Of a stretch of 64,000 nucleotides of DNA, positions 38,034 to 49,323 are shown piece by piece. The notes under the pieces were generated by a model. The model worked only from the letters and a program-made list of their open reading frames with translations, ran no database searches and was not told the DNA's origin. The stretch is from Batkoa obscura (taxonomy: Eukaryota): the NCBI GenBank assembly GCA_030770535.1, contig JASVEC010000024.1, positions 310,001 to 374,000 of the forward strand, in the 5' to 3' direction. A program made the position numbers and the translations under genes. Positions within the stretch are counted from its first letter, which is position 1, and every line of letters starts with the position of its first letter.

Positions 38034-39509
38034 ATGTGTGATAAAATAAGCGAACAAAATAAAATCGAGAATAACGGCCTCAATCCTCAAGGTCTCATTG
38101 CAATAAGTGAAGAAGCCAAGAGTAATTTAATGTTATTAGTAGATGAGGAAGGTATGCCTACAAAGAAAGCAGCAGAGTTATTATCTATCAGCCCAACAGC
38201 AGCAGGAACAATAATATCTGGGGAAATCAAAAAGTTAGAGGAAGCCTCAGAAAAAATACAAAAACAAATGGAGATGGTACAAAAGATAACGACAGTCAAA
38301 GGACAACGTGTAAAAAAAAATACCAAGGTAGGGATACCAAAGGTTGTAAAAAAAAGTGGTATGGAGAGGCTTATAGAGGAAGATGAAATATATCGAATAC
38401 TATTACCTGGCGGAGATGATATTATTCAAAAAATAGAAGAAGAAAATATTAGAGCTAGAATGAAAAAGATTCCTGATGAAAAAGAGAAGTTAAGAATAGA
38501 AAAGATTGCTGAGGTAAAAGCAGAAAGAAAACGAAAAGTGGAAAAATTAAAAATGGTGACGCAGTTGGATGAAGAAAAATATGAAATACAAAGGGCCAAA
38601 GAAATGGAGGAAAAACAAGAGGTTGCTGAAGAAGAACGAAGAATGACTATGCAAAAATTTCAAGAAGTAAAGGAGGGCCAATCAATAGCAGAAAAAAATA
38701 GTAGGAATACATTTGAAGGAGTTACAAAAATAACTGAAACGGAAAGGATCAAAGAAAATGAAAGGGTTAGGGTACGAAAAGTGGCCGAACAAGAACAAAT
38801 AAAAAGGATAAGTATACAAAATGGCTCCAAAGAAAAGAAAAAAGCAAAGATTTCAATGTCGTTAGGAAAAGATAAGCTTGAAAAAGTTGAAGAGAAACGA
38901 ATTCAAACGCAAAAGGTTGCTGAAGAAAAAGCAAGACTAAAAATGCAAAAGGAAGCTGAAGAAAAAGCAGGAAGGAAGCAAAAGGCAGAAGAAAAGGCAA
39001 GAGTGAAAATCCAGAAAAATCCAGAAACTACTAAAGGGGGTGATATATTAACTGTACAAGATACAAATGATACAAATAATACTAAAGTTTATCGAAAGTA
39101 TGCTGAAGTCAATGATAAACTTCGAAGGTATTTAATCTTTTTAGTGAAGGATCAAGGGCAAAGTATTCAAGAAGCAGCGAACTTTTTAATGATTAGATAT
39201 GAAGAGGCGGTAGCCATTATTCATCATGAAGAAGATAAAATTAGGAGAGCTAATGATTTGGAAACAGTAGAAATACGAGAAGATGGTGTTATAATTGGAC
39301 AGAGTAGTGAAATAATGGAAAGCATTCGAGTTCAACAGGCTAATAAGGAAAAAATGGAGATTAAACAGAAGTTATTGGATCTAGTTCATAAACAAGGAAA
39401 ACCAATCAAAGAAGCAGCTAAATTAGTGGAGATTAGTCATCTTGAGGCAAGGGGTATTGTTGATGAAGAAATAAATCGATTGAAAGCGATAACGCAAAAA
39501 AAATACTAA
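38034..39509 (+). CDS. Charged coiled-coil protein with three HTH-like repeats
   Basis: 491-aa intronless ORF. The repeat L..LV...G....(E/K)AA..(L/V).I....A..I...E occurs once at the N-terminus and twice at the C-terminus. Confidence 0.7.
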   Translation: MCDKISEQNKIENNGLNPQGLIAISEEAKSNLMLLVDEEGMPTKKAAELLSISPTAAGTIISGEIKKLEEASEKIQKQMEMVQKITTVKGQRVKKNTKVGIPKVVKKSGMERLIEEDEIYRILLPGGDDIIQKIEEENIRARMKKIPDEKEKLRIEKIAEVKAERKRKVEKLKMVTQLDEEKYEIQRAKEMEEKQEVAEEERRMTMQKFQEVKEGQSIAEKNSRNTFEGVTKITETERIKENERVRVRKVAEQEQIKRISIQNGSKEKKKAKISMSLGKDKLEKVEEKRIQTQKVAEEKARLKMQKEAEEKAGRKQKAEEKARVKIQKNPETTKGGDILTVQDTNDTNNTKVYRKYAEVNDKLRRYLIFLVKDQGQSIQEAANFLMIRYEEAVAIIHHEEDKIRRANDLETVEIREDGVIIGQSSEIMESIRVQQANKEKMEIKQKLLDLVHKQGKPIKEAAKLVEISHLEARGIVDEEINRLKAITQKKY

Positions 39510-39990
39510 AAAGCTAAATAGGATATAAATAAAAGTAGGAAGAACATCAAATAATCAAGATAAGGATATTGATAAACATTATGGTAGTTTGTTTGATGAT
39601 AAAGAACTTTATGATATTGGAAAGCAAATCATGAGACTAAAAGGTGATTATTGATAGCGACAAATGGAAGAAAGATGGGGAAAATTATAGTAAAGTATTT
39701 ATTGATTTAGTACAATGAGATAGTGATTAGGTAGTTTTATTTGGTATTAAGTTTAAATAATTATTAAGTAGTAAAATTGATGGGAAAGGTACTACTGATG
39801 AACTTTTTTTTTTAATTTATATTATAAAAACTTATACTCAGTTTAGGAAACAGTTTTTAATGATACGAAAAGCGAATTTAATTAAAATGTAAATAAAGGC
39901 ATTTATATAAGTTAAATGATTTTTTATTTAAAGTTTGAAGCAAATATTTTAAATTATTAAAATTCTATTTATTATTGATTATAGAATAAA

Positions 39991-40096
39991 ATATGGGGAT
40001 GTTTTTTTTTGATTTATTACTTTTCTATTTTTTAAGCGCTATTTGAATGGAAAAATTGTTAGTAAAATTCTTAAACATAAAACTACATCCCCATAT
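39991..40096 (-). mobile_element. MITE-like element copy 18 (reverse)
   Basis: ATATGGGGATGT...ACATCCCCATAT, perfect 12-bp inverted ends. Confidence 0.9.
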
Positions 40097-40382
40097 ACTT
40101 TTATAAAATCTAATTTATTGTAAATTTATAATTCACTATTACCCTAAAAGTAAAGTCAATATAAAGCATTATATTTTTTTAGTGAACTGAATACCTCATT
40201 AAGAAAATAAAAATAAATATACAAAAAAATTAAAATTATTTTTGAATAAATTTTATTATAAAAAACCAAGCTATAATGTAAATCCTAGTTTCAAGCTAAC
40301 TAATATCATTTCATATAGCAAATACCCATAGCTAGTTGAATCTAAAATCTAGTCATGTATTACAATTTCCCCCATTCTTTAC

Positions 40383-42323
40383 TTACATAATATCCTTCAA
40401 TTCCTCAGCTTCCAGAACAGCCATTAATGCATTTTTATCCATTGGAATAAAATATTTTTCTCCACTTTTAGTTTTAACTTCTTTAATAACCCCATGATCT
40501 AAAAATTCTGTTAATTGAGATTGCCATGCTTTAAAAGTAGAAGCTAAAAATCTCTTTCTACATAAATTAAAGAACTGTTGATCAGAAATTCCTAATGAAT
40601 CATCTCCTTTACTTCTTCCTTTATTTGTTAATTGATTTTTTTTATTGAAGATTAATTCATTATCTCCAACAGTGGCAGGTTTATTATATTCAATATCTTC
40701 TTTCAATTGTTCATTGACTAATATTTTAAATATACCTTTCGCTTTGGCATTAACTGAAGCTAACACTTGTGTTACTCCACGTAAGGTGATTTGACCATTA
40801 ACAATTAAACTGGTTGGAATGAGCGGTGAAGTTTCAAACGAAGTTTCAACTTTATAAGGGATAAATGTAGTCATTTCCTGTGATAAAAAATTAAATTTTG
40901 TCATACTAACATTATCCCATAATAAAGTAGCTCGAATATGGTCAATTGTACAGATAAGAGAAATTTTTTCAAGTTGACTAAGGGACATGAATATATTTTG
41001 AATGACTTTGCTACGTAAATTCTCTCCATCAATATTATGAACTATCAAATATAATTTACTAATATCATCTTTTTTTTCCAATGCTTCTTTAATAAATTGT
41101 ACAGTTTCCATTGGTTTACTAATTAAACATTTGGCTCTTAGTTTTTTACATATTAATGTTAAGATTGTTTTTAATGTTATATTGGGAAAATAACCATTAA
41201 TAACTAGAACTATACTATCATCAGTAATTAAACATTTTTTGGCAAAATCTAATATTGTTTCTCTTTTGCTACCATACCCATAAAATAATAAATTAAAATT
41301 AGAATTTAAACAAAATTTATACTGAGAATAATATTTTTGATGATATTGTTTCATGAAATTTATTCTCTTTTCTTTTGATTGTTGTATATTATCAATAGCT
41401 TTGCGTACATTATTTGGTTCTAAATTTTGTAAATTAGATAATATATTATCGGATGTTATCTTCCCTTTCTTTATATGATAAGTTTCAAAATAATTAGCAA
41501 ATCCAATATCATTATCTTCAATATAATATTCTAATTGATCATCAAACTCAATCTCTACTTCTTCTTTTAAATATTCAATACTCATACCTTCTTGTGAAGT
41601 TGATAATAAAGATTCATCATGTATAGATTTAATACTTACATCAATTAATACCTTTTTCTTTTTTGGTAAGCTATTCTTCTTTGGAGTTCCACTTTCTCTT
41701 TTAATTGTTTCTTTGGCACCTGGTTGTCGAATTGAATACTTTTCATTACCAGCAATAGTAGATAAATTATGACTATTTTTCGACATCATACTTTGATTAC
41801 CAAATAATTCACTTCGATTCATGGATAATATAGAATGATTATTTGTTTGATTCATTATATGAGATGTATAAATACTTGAATTATGGCTTTGATTAAATTT
41901 ATTAATACTCTTGTTAAAACTCTTATTATTATCTTTACTATTTAATATTTGACTATTGTTATTTTTCTTTTCACTGATATCGTATTTTTCATTACCTTTG
42001 ATAATTGATGTATTATAATTCTCTTTTGATAACATACTTTTATTACCAAATATTTCGCTCTTAGACATGGATAGTAAACTCTTATTATGCGTCTGGTTAT
42101 GTAAATGAGATAGATACATACTGGAGTTATGACTTATATTGAATTTATTCATACTTTTATTATGTTGACTTGGTTTCTGTTTGCTGACAGCAGCTGGTTT
42201 TTCCTGGGATGTCTCGTGGCCTTCATTGATAGGCTCTAATGGTTCATACTCCTGATTGGGTTCTAAATCATAAGACTCGAGAACTGAGATATCATTCACA
42301 TCACCTTCGCTATTGCTATCCAT
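40383..42323 (-). CDS. ORC2: Origin recognition complex subunit 2
   Basis: FNLLFYGYGSKR, VINGYFP, LYLIVHNIDG..LR, LICTIDHI...LLWD, TTFIPYKVETSFE, LTEFLDH. Confidence 0.95.
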   Translation of the reverse strand: MDSNSEGDVNDISVLESYDLEPNQEYEPLEPINEGHETSQEKPAAVSKQKPSQHNKSMNKFNISHNSSMYLSHLHNQTHNKSLLSMSKSEIFGNKSMLSKENYNTSIIKGNEKYDISEKKNNNSQILNSKDNNKSFNKSINKFNQSHNSSIYTSHIMNQTNNHSILSMNRSELFGNQSMMSKNSHNLSTIAGNEKYSIRQPGAKETIKRESGTPKKNSLPKKKKVLIDVSIKSIHDESLLSTSQEGMSIEYLKEEVEIEFDDQLEYYIEDNDIGFANYFETYHIKKGKITSDNILSNLQNLEPNNVRKAIDNIQQSKEKRINFMKQYHQKYYSQYKFCLNSNFNLLFYGYGSKRETILDFAKKCLITDDSIVLVINGYFPNITLKTILTLICKKLRAKCLISKPMETVQFIKEALEKKDDISKLYLIVHNIDGENLRSKVIQNIFMSLSQLEKISLICTIDHIRATLLWDNVSMTKFNFLSQEMTTFIPYKVETSFETSPLIPTSLIVNGQITLRGVTQVLASVNAKAKGIFKILVNEQLKEDIEYNKPATVGDNELIFNKKNQLTNKGRSKGDDSLGISDQQFFNLCRKRFLASTFKAWQSQLTEFLDHGVIKEVKTKSGEKYFIPMDKNALMAVLEAEELKDIM

Positions 42324-42561
42324 TTTATTGAACCAGTGTTTCGATTTGACTTGGAAATTGAATGAAAATTATGCAAAATACAAATAGGTTGAGCTAGAAA
42401 ATAGTCAAGCTTATTTTTTAAAATGAATCAAATCATCAATTGAATAAAGGATGAGTTTCATTGGCTTTTCAATCTCCCTGAAAGTCCACCTTGTAAAATG
42501 GGATTTTTGAATTTAATTTGTTAACCTTATTTGTTCCAGTACTTGGTAAAATAGTAAAGAA

Positions 42562-44019
42562 ATGGAAGATATTGATGAACTAAAAGAAGAAAAGATAATG
42601 AATGTAACCTCCACTGAATTTCAAAACTATCGATTACGACGAATTATTAAAGAAAATCATGGTGAAAAGATTAATGTATTAACTATGGGTTTAAAACCCA
42701 TTCATGAAAATGAATTAGATTTAAGTCATTTAATATTAACTGTAGGGGATAAACAAGTAAAATAAATATAAGCTAAACTACTTAAATATTAAGGTTGGTT
42801 TTTAAATAGTTAAACATCTATGATAATCAAAACCATAAGGATAATTTAGATTTAATGTGTCATTTTAAATTAAATGAAGACGATATTAATAGCCAAGGAG
42901 TAAGTAGCCATCCTTAATAATCAAAGAATGGTATTTATTTTAAAACAGACTTTTTATAGTGGATGTTGGTTACGAAAATCAAAAGATAGTTTGATCGCAT
43001 TTGCTGGTGATAGTGGTATTATACATATAATCTCTTTAGCTTATTCACAAGAAATACTTCGATTAAGTGGACATACTGGTAAGTTTAGTTTTTATTTTTT
43101 CAAAAAAAACCGGTATATTATGACATCTTATTTAAAATAGGAAGAGTGATTCAGTTGATACCACATCCAATTTACGAACATTTATTATTATCAGTGAGTG
43201 AAGATCATACAATTAGAGTTTGGAATCTAGAATTAAAAAGTACAATTGCTATTATTAATGTAGACGCTACAGTAGCAGTAAGTTTATCCTTATTTTATCT
43301 TGAAATTAAGCTTATTAATACTCCCAGTGTTTTAATCCCAAAGGCAGCAAAATCATTACTGGGTCATCAACTGGAGAAATTAAATTTATTAAACTTCCAA
43401 TAATGTTATTTAATCAAACTAATAATGTAAGATTATCAATAACTAAATCTATTCCTCTATTAAAACAAAGTCTACATGGTGATAAAATAGATCAATTAGT
43501 AATGATTGATGATAAAACGATAATATCCAAGTCGATTAATGGAATCATTATTTATTGGGAATGTAAAACTCAAGATATTAAATGGAGATTATGTTTTAAA
43601 GATTACAAATTTAATATTCACACTAAATTGGCAGTAAGGTAAGTTATTATCATATATATTAAATATAGTAGTTTGAATAATTAATACATTTGTAATATCA
43701 TTCAGCGAAGATAAAAATTATTTCTTAATTGGTGGTTACTCAGGTACCATTTATGTATATGATTTAATTCTTGGAAAGAAGATATTTGATGATAAACATA
43801 GAAGATCAACAAAACCTATATACTCTTGTACTTTTGCTAAAAAAGATAGGTAATTTTGTTATTAATAGTTATAACAAGATATTTGAAGAGTAATTAATTA
43901 TTATTAGAAACCTATTATTCACTTCAGGTGACGGTTTAATTTGGAGGTACGATTATATTAATGATGATGTTTTATTAAACTGGGATAATTGGAAAAATGG
44001 AATTGATGTAGGAAATTAA
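42562..44019 (+). CDS. WD40 protein of the EED/ESC - LRWD1(ORCA) type, multi-exon
   Basis: IIKENHG, LTVGDKQLNIYD, TFYSGCW, LIAFAGDSGIIHII, LSGH...L.PHP...LLLSVSEDHTIRVWNL and C-terminal IWRYD parallel EED/LRWD1 blades. Confidence 0.7.
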
Positions 44020-44121
44020 AGAAAATGTAAATTATTAAATTAAAAATAGAATAGAAAAGTATTATGTTTAATTTTAAAAGTATAAAAATATTAGAAATAA
44101 ATAATAGTTTACTTACAAAAT

Positions 44122-45897
44122 CTAATCTTCAATTATAAATTTAATATTCGATTTATCTTTTTTATCTCCCTTGTCAAGGAAAGCTTTTAACTATAGATTA
44201 AAACATAAATATAAGTTATGTACAATTAGCATTTTAAAGCTTACTTTTTCTTTGGATACCATAATATCATAAACCTCTAATTTCTTGGCCATATCTGATG
44301 AAGATTGTATTGGTTTATAGCTTTCTTTACGAAATATTGTTTTATTTATTTTCTAAATTATATATAGATTTAAAACAATAAATTAGATATTCTATTAATA
44401 CACTTACAATCATTTTTTTAACCTTAGCATTACAAGCATCTAATGTAAATGGCTCACTTCTCTTTCCCCCTTTTCTAATAATAAAAATATTAAATAAAAT
44501 ATTAATATAAAAATATAACCAACTTACTCATCCTCATCAATTTGTTTTTTAATTCCTTCTTGTTTATTTCTTTCATTTAAAACTAATAAAAATAAATTAT
44601 AAATCTTTTCACAATTCAACTCCTATATTAAACTTTACCTTTTAAAGCATCTCTAGCCATTTGTCCACCTGGCGTATTAGCCATAGCTAAAACCTGCCTT
44701 TAAAATCATCAACCTAACTCATAGAAAAATAATAATAGGTACACTTACTTCAATTTTTCCATTTTCTTATCTTTATTTTTTAAATCTTCCATTGTCATAT
44801 TGCTTTCCCAAATAGAAGGATACAAAGATATTATTTCTTCATTATCCAATAAATAAGATTCCTGATTTGGTATTTTATCATATTGAGAATGTATTTTAAT
44901 TTTTGAGGCGATATTTATTGATGTGTTGTAGATATTGTTAGATGAATAGTTATCATCATTAATTTCTTTATAATTAAACAGTTTAATCGTATGTGTACTA
45001 TCGTTATTAGCGTCAATAATTTATAAAGCTAAGTTAATAAAAGGGTAAAATTACCCGCTTGCTAATGCCATATTAGAACCTTGTAGTTTTTGTAAGAGTT
45101 TGATGCTGTGGTTGTCGCATATTTCTGATACATTACTTGAAAAAGCCCGATAAATTAAAACACAACTCATAATTTTAAAATCTTATATTTACCTATCCAC
45201 AATTTTCTTACATTTACTTTCTTTGCAAAATTTTAATTTATCGGTTATACCGATTTTCAGCATATTAATCTGTTCTTTTTTACTATTCAAAAATAAACAA
45301 GGTCGACTATAATCCTAAGTTCATTATTAGTATAGCCATCTAAAATTTTGAGATTTTGTTTTCTTTACCTCATTCCCTTGTAATAAAGTGGTTTCCCCAC
45401 ACAATATAACTTCTAATACTTCAGGTAGATTATAAAGGGCTAAATCAATATCTCTACAACAAAAAAGAGTTGGTTTTAATTCAATTCAAATCTTAAATCA
45501 ACTACTTTAACTTACCTGTTATATCTCTTATTCAAACTAATAATCATTGGAGTAACAAAAGATAATTTCTTCAAATCCATGACTTCCAAAACGACATAAG
45601 CATTCCCAAAACTACCACTTATCAATCTTGGAGTAGATTTGATCATCCCATAGAAATTATTTTTGGTATTAGTTTGATTGATATCTAGCCTTGAGTTTAA
45701 TGGTTGAAATTGTTTCTTTTGGATGATGTTTAAGATGCGTTCATTTCTATTGAGGATAATGAAAAAGAATTAGAATCGTGAGTAGGTAAGCGGCAAGGGA
45801 ATAAAGGAGGGAACAGATAAATGACTTACACTTTTTTAAATTTTCTTCCTAATTTACTTTCTAATATTGAAAATTGTTCTTCCCTTGTAATGGACAT
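44122..45897 (-). CDS. MCM10: Probable MCM10 (OB fold + CCCH zinc finger), many short exons
   Basis: Manual splicing gives FYGMIKSTPRLISGSFGNAYVVLEVMDLKK (OB), ALYNLP..., MLKIGITDKLKFCKESKCKKIVDR...EICDNH...ALASG, matching the Mcm10 internal domain (IG...DLG.CK...C...V...C..H). Absent from the ORF track. Confidence 0.65.
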
Positions 45898-47506
45898 AGT
45901 GAATTGAATTTTGTTTTTTTACTGACTTCGATTGGATAAAAAGTTAAGAAATGAAAATTTAAAAATCGCGTATTCAACTCATTCATTCACCCAAATGAGC
46001 AGATCCTGCCAGCTAAAAAAGCTGGATTTCATTACTATCACAATAAAGATGTCTAGTTAACGAAATTGACTTTTGAAAATTAACCAAATGCTAGTAAAAT
46101 TTTGGTTTAAATCATAATAAATCAAGGAGTATCACGATGCTAGTATATTAAAGGCTATGGTACCTTTTGTATACATAGTAAGGGAAAAAATAATATTTGA
46201 ATAAAAAACGGCCATTTAAAACTACAAAGTATTAAATTTAAAAAAAACACCTCAAAAGTCCACACTAACTATCAATTAGATCCAAAAATTAATTTACTGG
46301 TTAGGCATTTCAACACCTATAACTAAACGCAGCCGCAAAATTGAAAATTAATTTGTAATGAAATGGAATAACTTAGCAATTTGCGTCTTATTTGATAACA
46401 TTTTTGATTAAATTTGAATAAAAAAACTCACTTATACTTTTGATAGTATACACTTTTTTATCACTTGTGATTTAAAAAAATTATATTAATTTTTTAGATA
46501 TAAAAACATACCTTTAATACTTTATTTTCTTGAAAGAATAAGTTTAAAAATCTTGTTTAGATTTAAAAAAGATTATTCCCCAGCTATGTTTTTACTGGAC
46601 TACTTTTAAAAAACAAGTACTTTTCATATAACTAATAAAATTTGTAGTCGAATTATGTAGTTGAATAGTATTTTAAAGTACAAATTGAAATTGTTGAAAA
46701 CAAATTTCATAATTTCATAAAATCTATCCCTTACTTTCTTAGTCAAGCCCAACATGGGTGACAATTCAATAATTCAGTCAATGTTCTACAAATGCGTAAA
46801 GTCTCATTATGGTTGATTGGCTATTGAGTTAGTAAACAAATATTAAGTATAAGTTTATGAAACATTCAAATAGTTTCTAGGACTGTTATACAATGATGAC
46901 AACAACAGAAATGATAATACAGCAATAAAAATGTCGAAAATAAAAAGAATGAGAATAAATTCTTCTCGCTACATGGATTCATTAAAATTGCTCAAAGATT
47001 ACTTATGCCAACTTGAAATACTTAATCTTATTCAAAATAATACAACTATTGAAGATACAGCTGAGTATGTAATCATTAGTATATTAAGATCGCTTGCAAT
47101 TTTATCTAAAGACATTTTTGTTTTTGATGGGTTAGATACAGTTAAAACAAAATTTAGTAAATTGAAGTCATTGAGTTCAAAGTGTTATGAACATCAATGT
47201 GGGGTGCCATTGAGGCTAATCCTAATGTGAATTTTATAATAAGTTTGAAGTCAAAGGTTGAAGGAGAACCCAATAACTTTATAAACCATCTTGGTGATCT
47301 AAGAGAGTTAGAGTATAAAATTTATAGATACTTATGGTTTGAATTTTGATTTTAACGAGAATAATAAAAAAGTAGTAAAAAGCAGTAATACTATCACTTG
47401 GGGCTACTTTGATTCGAAAATTATAATGAGTTGTAACTTATTGAATTTGTCTTTATCATAGGTTTTTTTATTTTCCTATGAAAGCGTTGAAATCAATTTC
47501 TTTATA

Positions 47507-47607
47507 AATAAGGATGTTTTTTTTGATTTCATTTTTCCATTTTTTAAGCGCTATTTGAGTGGAAAGATTGTTAGTAAAATTCTTAAATACAAAAAACATC
47601 TCCAAAT
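47507..47607 (-). mobile_element. MITE-like element copy 19 (reverse)
   Basis: AGGATGTTTTTTTTGATTTC...AAGCGCTATTTGAGTGGAAAG...ACATCTCCAAAT. Confidence 0.85.
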
Positions 47608-49323
47608 GTTCAAATTATCTATTTTTATGACTTAATTTTTTATACGAAAGGAATATTTGATAAGCCTTGTTCAAATAAAAGTTATCTTTATAGTGGAAAG
47701 TATAATCCAATGGGATATAGTTTAGTTACATAAAGCAAATTATATTTTATGAATCTAATGACATGTTTGAGGATTTACTTCCTATCTTTATTTCTTAATT
47801 TTAAAGTATTAAATCAAGTATTTACTTCAAGAAAAGTACAAGTCTAGAAACTAAGTATAGACCTACTGCCTTTTCATCATTTATTATATCTAATAAAAGG
47901 AGTATGAATAAGCCAGTTATAATGCCATAGAAAAAATTGCAATGTCAAGTGGATGAACCACCCTTTAATAACGATTATTATAATGATTAGTACGATAATT
48001 AATTTTAAACAAATCACTATCTTAAGCTTAATTTTATTATTATCGATTTTAAAATTATATATTCAAAAAATCCTAAAATTAGACTTCTGAGCAATTTATT
48101 ACTGGAAGTAAGCAATAATACAATGAACTAATCTATATGTATTTAATTTTAAACTTTATTGTAAAATTTGATCAATTACTATATCATATTGAATCAAAAT
48201 CGAGTCAAGACAATGTAGGTAAGAAACAGTTAAAAGATAACCAGTACATTAAAGTATTTGGTGTACATAAGGTTTTTATTTATAGGCTATATTATCTTAG
48301 GAGTTGATTTTTTTAAAAGTCATGAAAGAGTCAATATGGTCAAATGCCTTATTTATGGAAGAATCACGAAAAGTGATAGAGGAGATAGAATGAAAATGGA
48401 AAGCTATGCAAATTCAAAAATCGTTTAATCTTCGGTAGTTATTTGAGGACTAAAGACCTTTCTTCTGACTGGGAAGGATCAGAGTTAACCTTTTTTATAA
48501 CCTTAACTTATTGTAAATTTACAAACTAAAAATAGAGATCAAGTCTGAGATCAAGATTGTAAGCCTTAATCCTAGAGTTAATATTAATTCAAAATTAAAG
48601 CTGGTGGTGATCTAAAAGTAATATAATAAAGATAAGCATATTTTTCATTAACGGGACTCATACAACCTTGGGATTTTAGGCCTCAAATAAACCTAAAAAA
48701 GATGAATTCTAAATAAGTTCTTAAATTCACTATGTGAGTTGTGATTAAAAATGCAGTAAATTGAAAAATGTGTAAACTGGAATAGTAATAGATTATTTAC
48801 CGAAAAACATTTAATAAATCACATTATTTTATAATTTAATATATTAGATTAGAACTTTATCTTGGAATATTACTGCTTAAAAGTTTACAAACTGAGTAAA
48901 ATTTTACTTTAAGCTTTTCTAAGGATCCAGTTTCATTTTAAGCTTTTTATCATTTGTTTCAATTTAAGCTTAAAAAAATATAATTTTTAATCTTAAAGAA
49001 TACATATAGAGAAGAGAGTTTAAGAAAATACTAAAATGTGATGACAATTTTTCAGTAATTAATTTCCTACAAGCTAAATCTGGGTGTTCCAAAATCAAGG
49101 TTAGTGACGATAAGAAAAATTTCAGTTCAAGCTAGGGAATAGCTTGAAGCCGAAATTCTGATGACCTTATAATAAATTGCATACGTATATAAATAAACAA
49201 TAATACTTCAAGATAAAGTTAGCTTTTTAATAGAATTAGTTTGATTTCGGTACAAATCACTCTTACAATAGAAATTAGTGTATCTTTTAGTTCATTTACT
49301 AGTTAACAATAGCTTTCAAAAAA

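Noticed and set aside
46931..47230. 99-aa ORF
   Set aside because: No recognisable motif; possibly a decayed gene, but unsupported.
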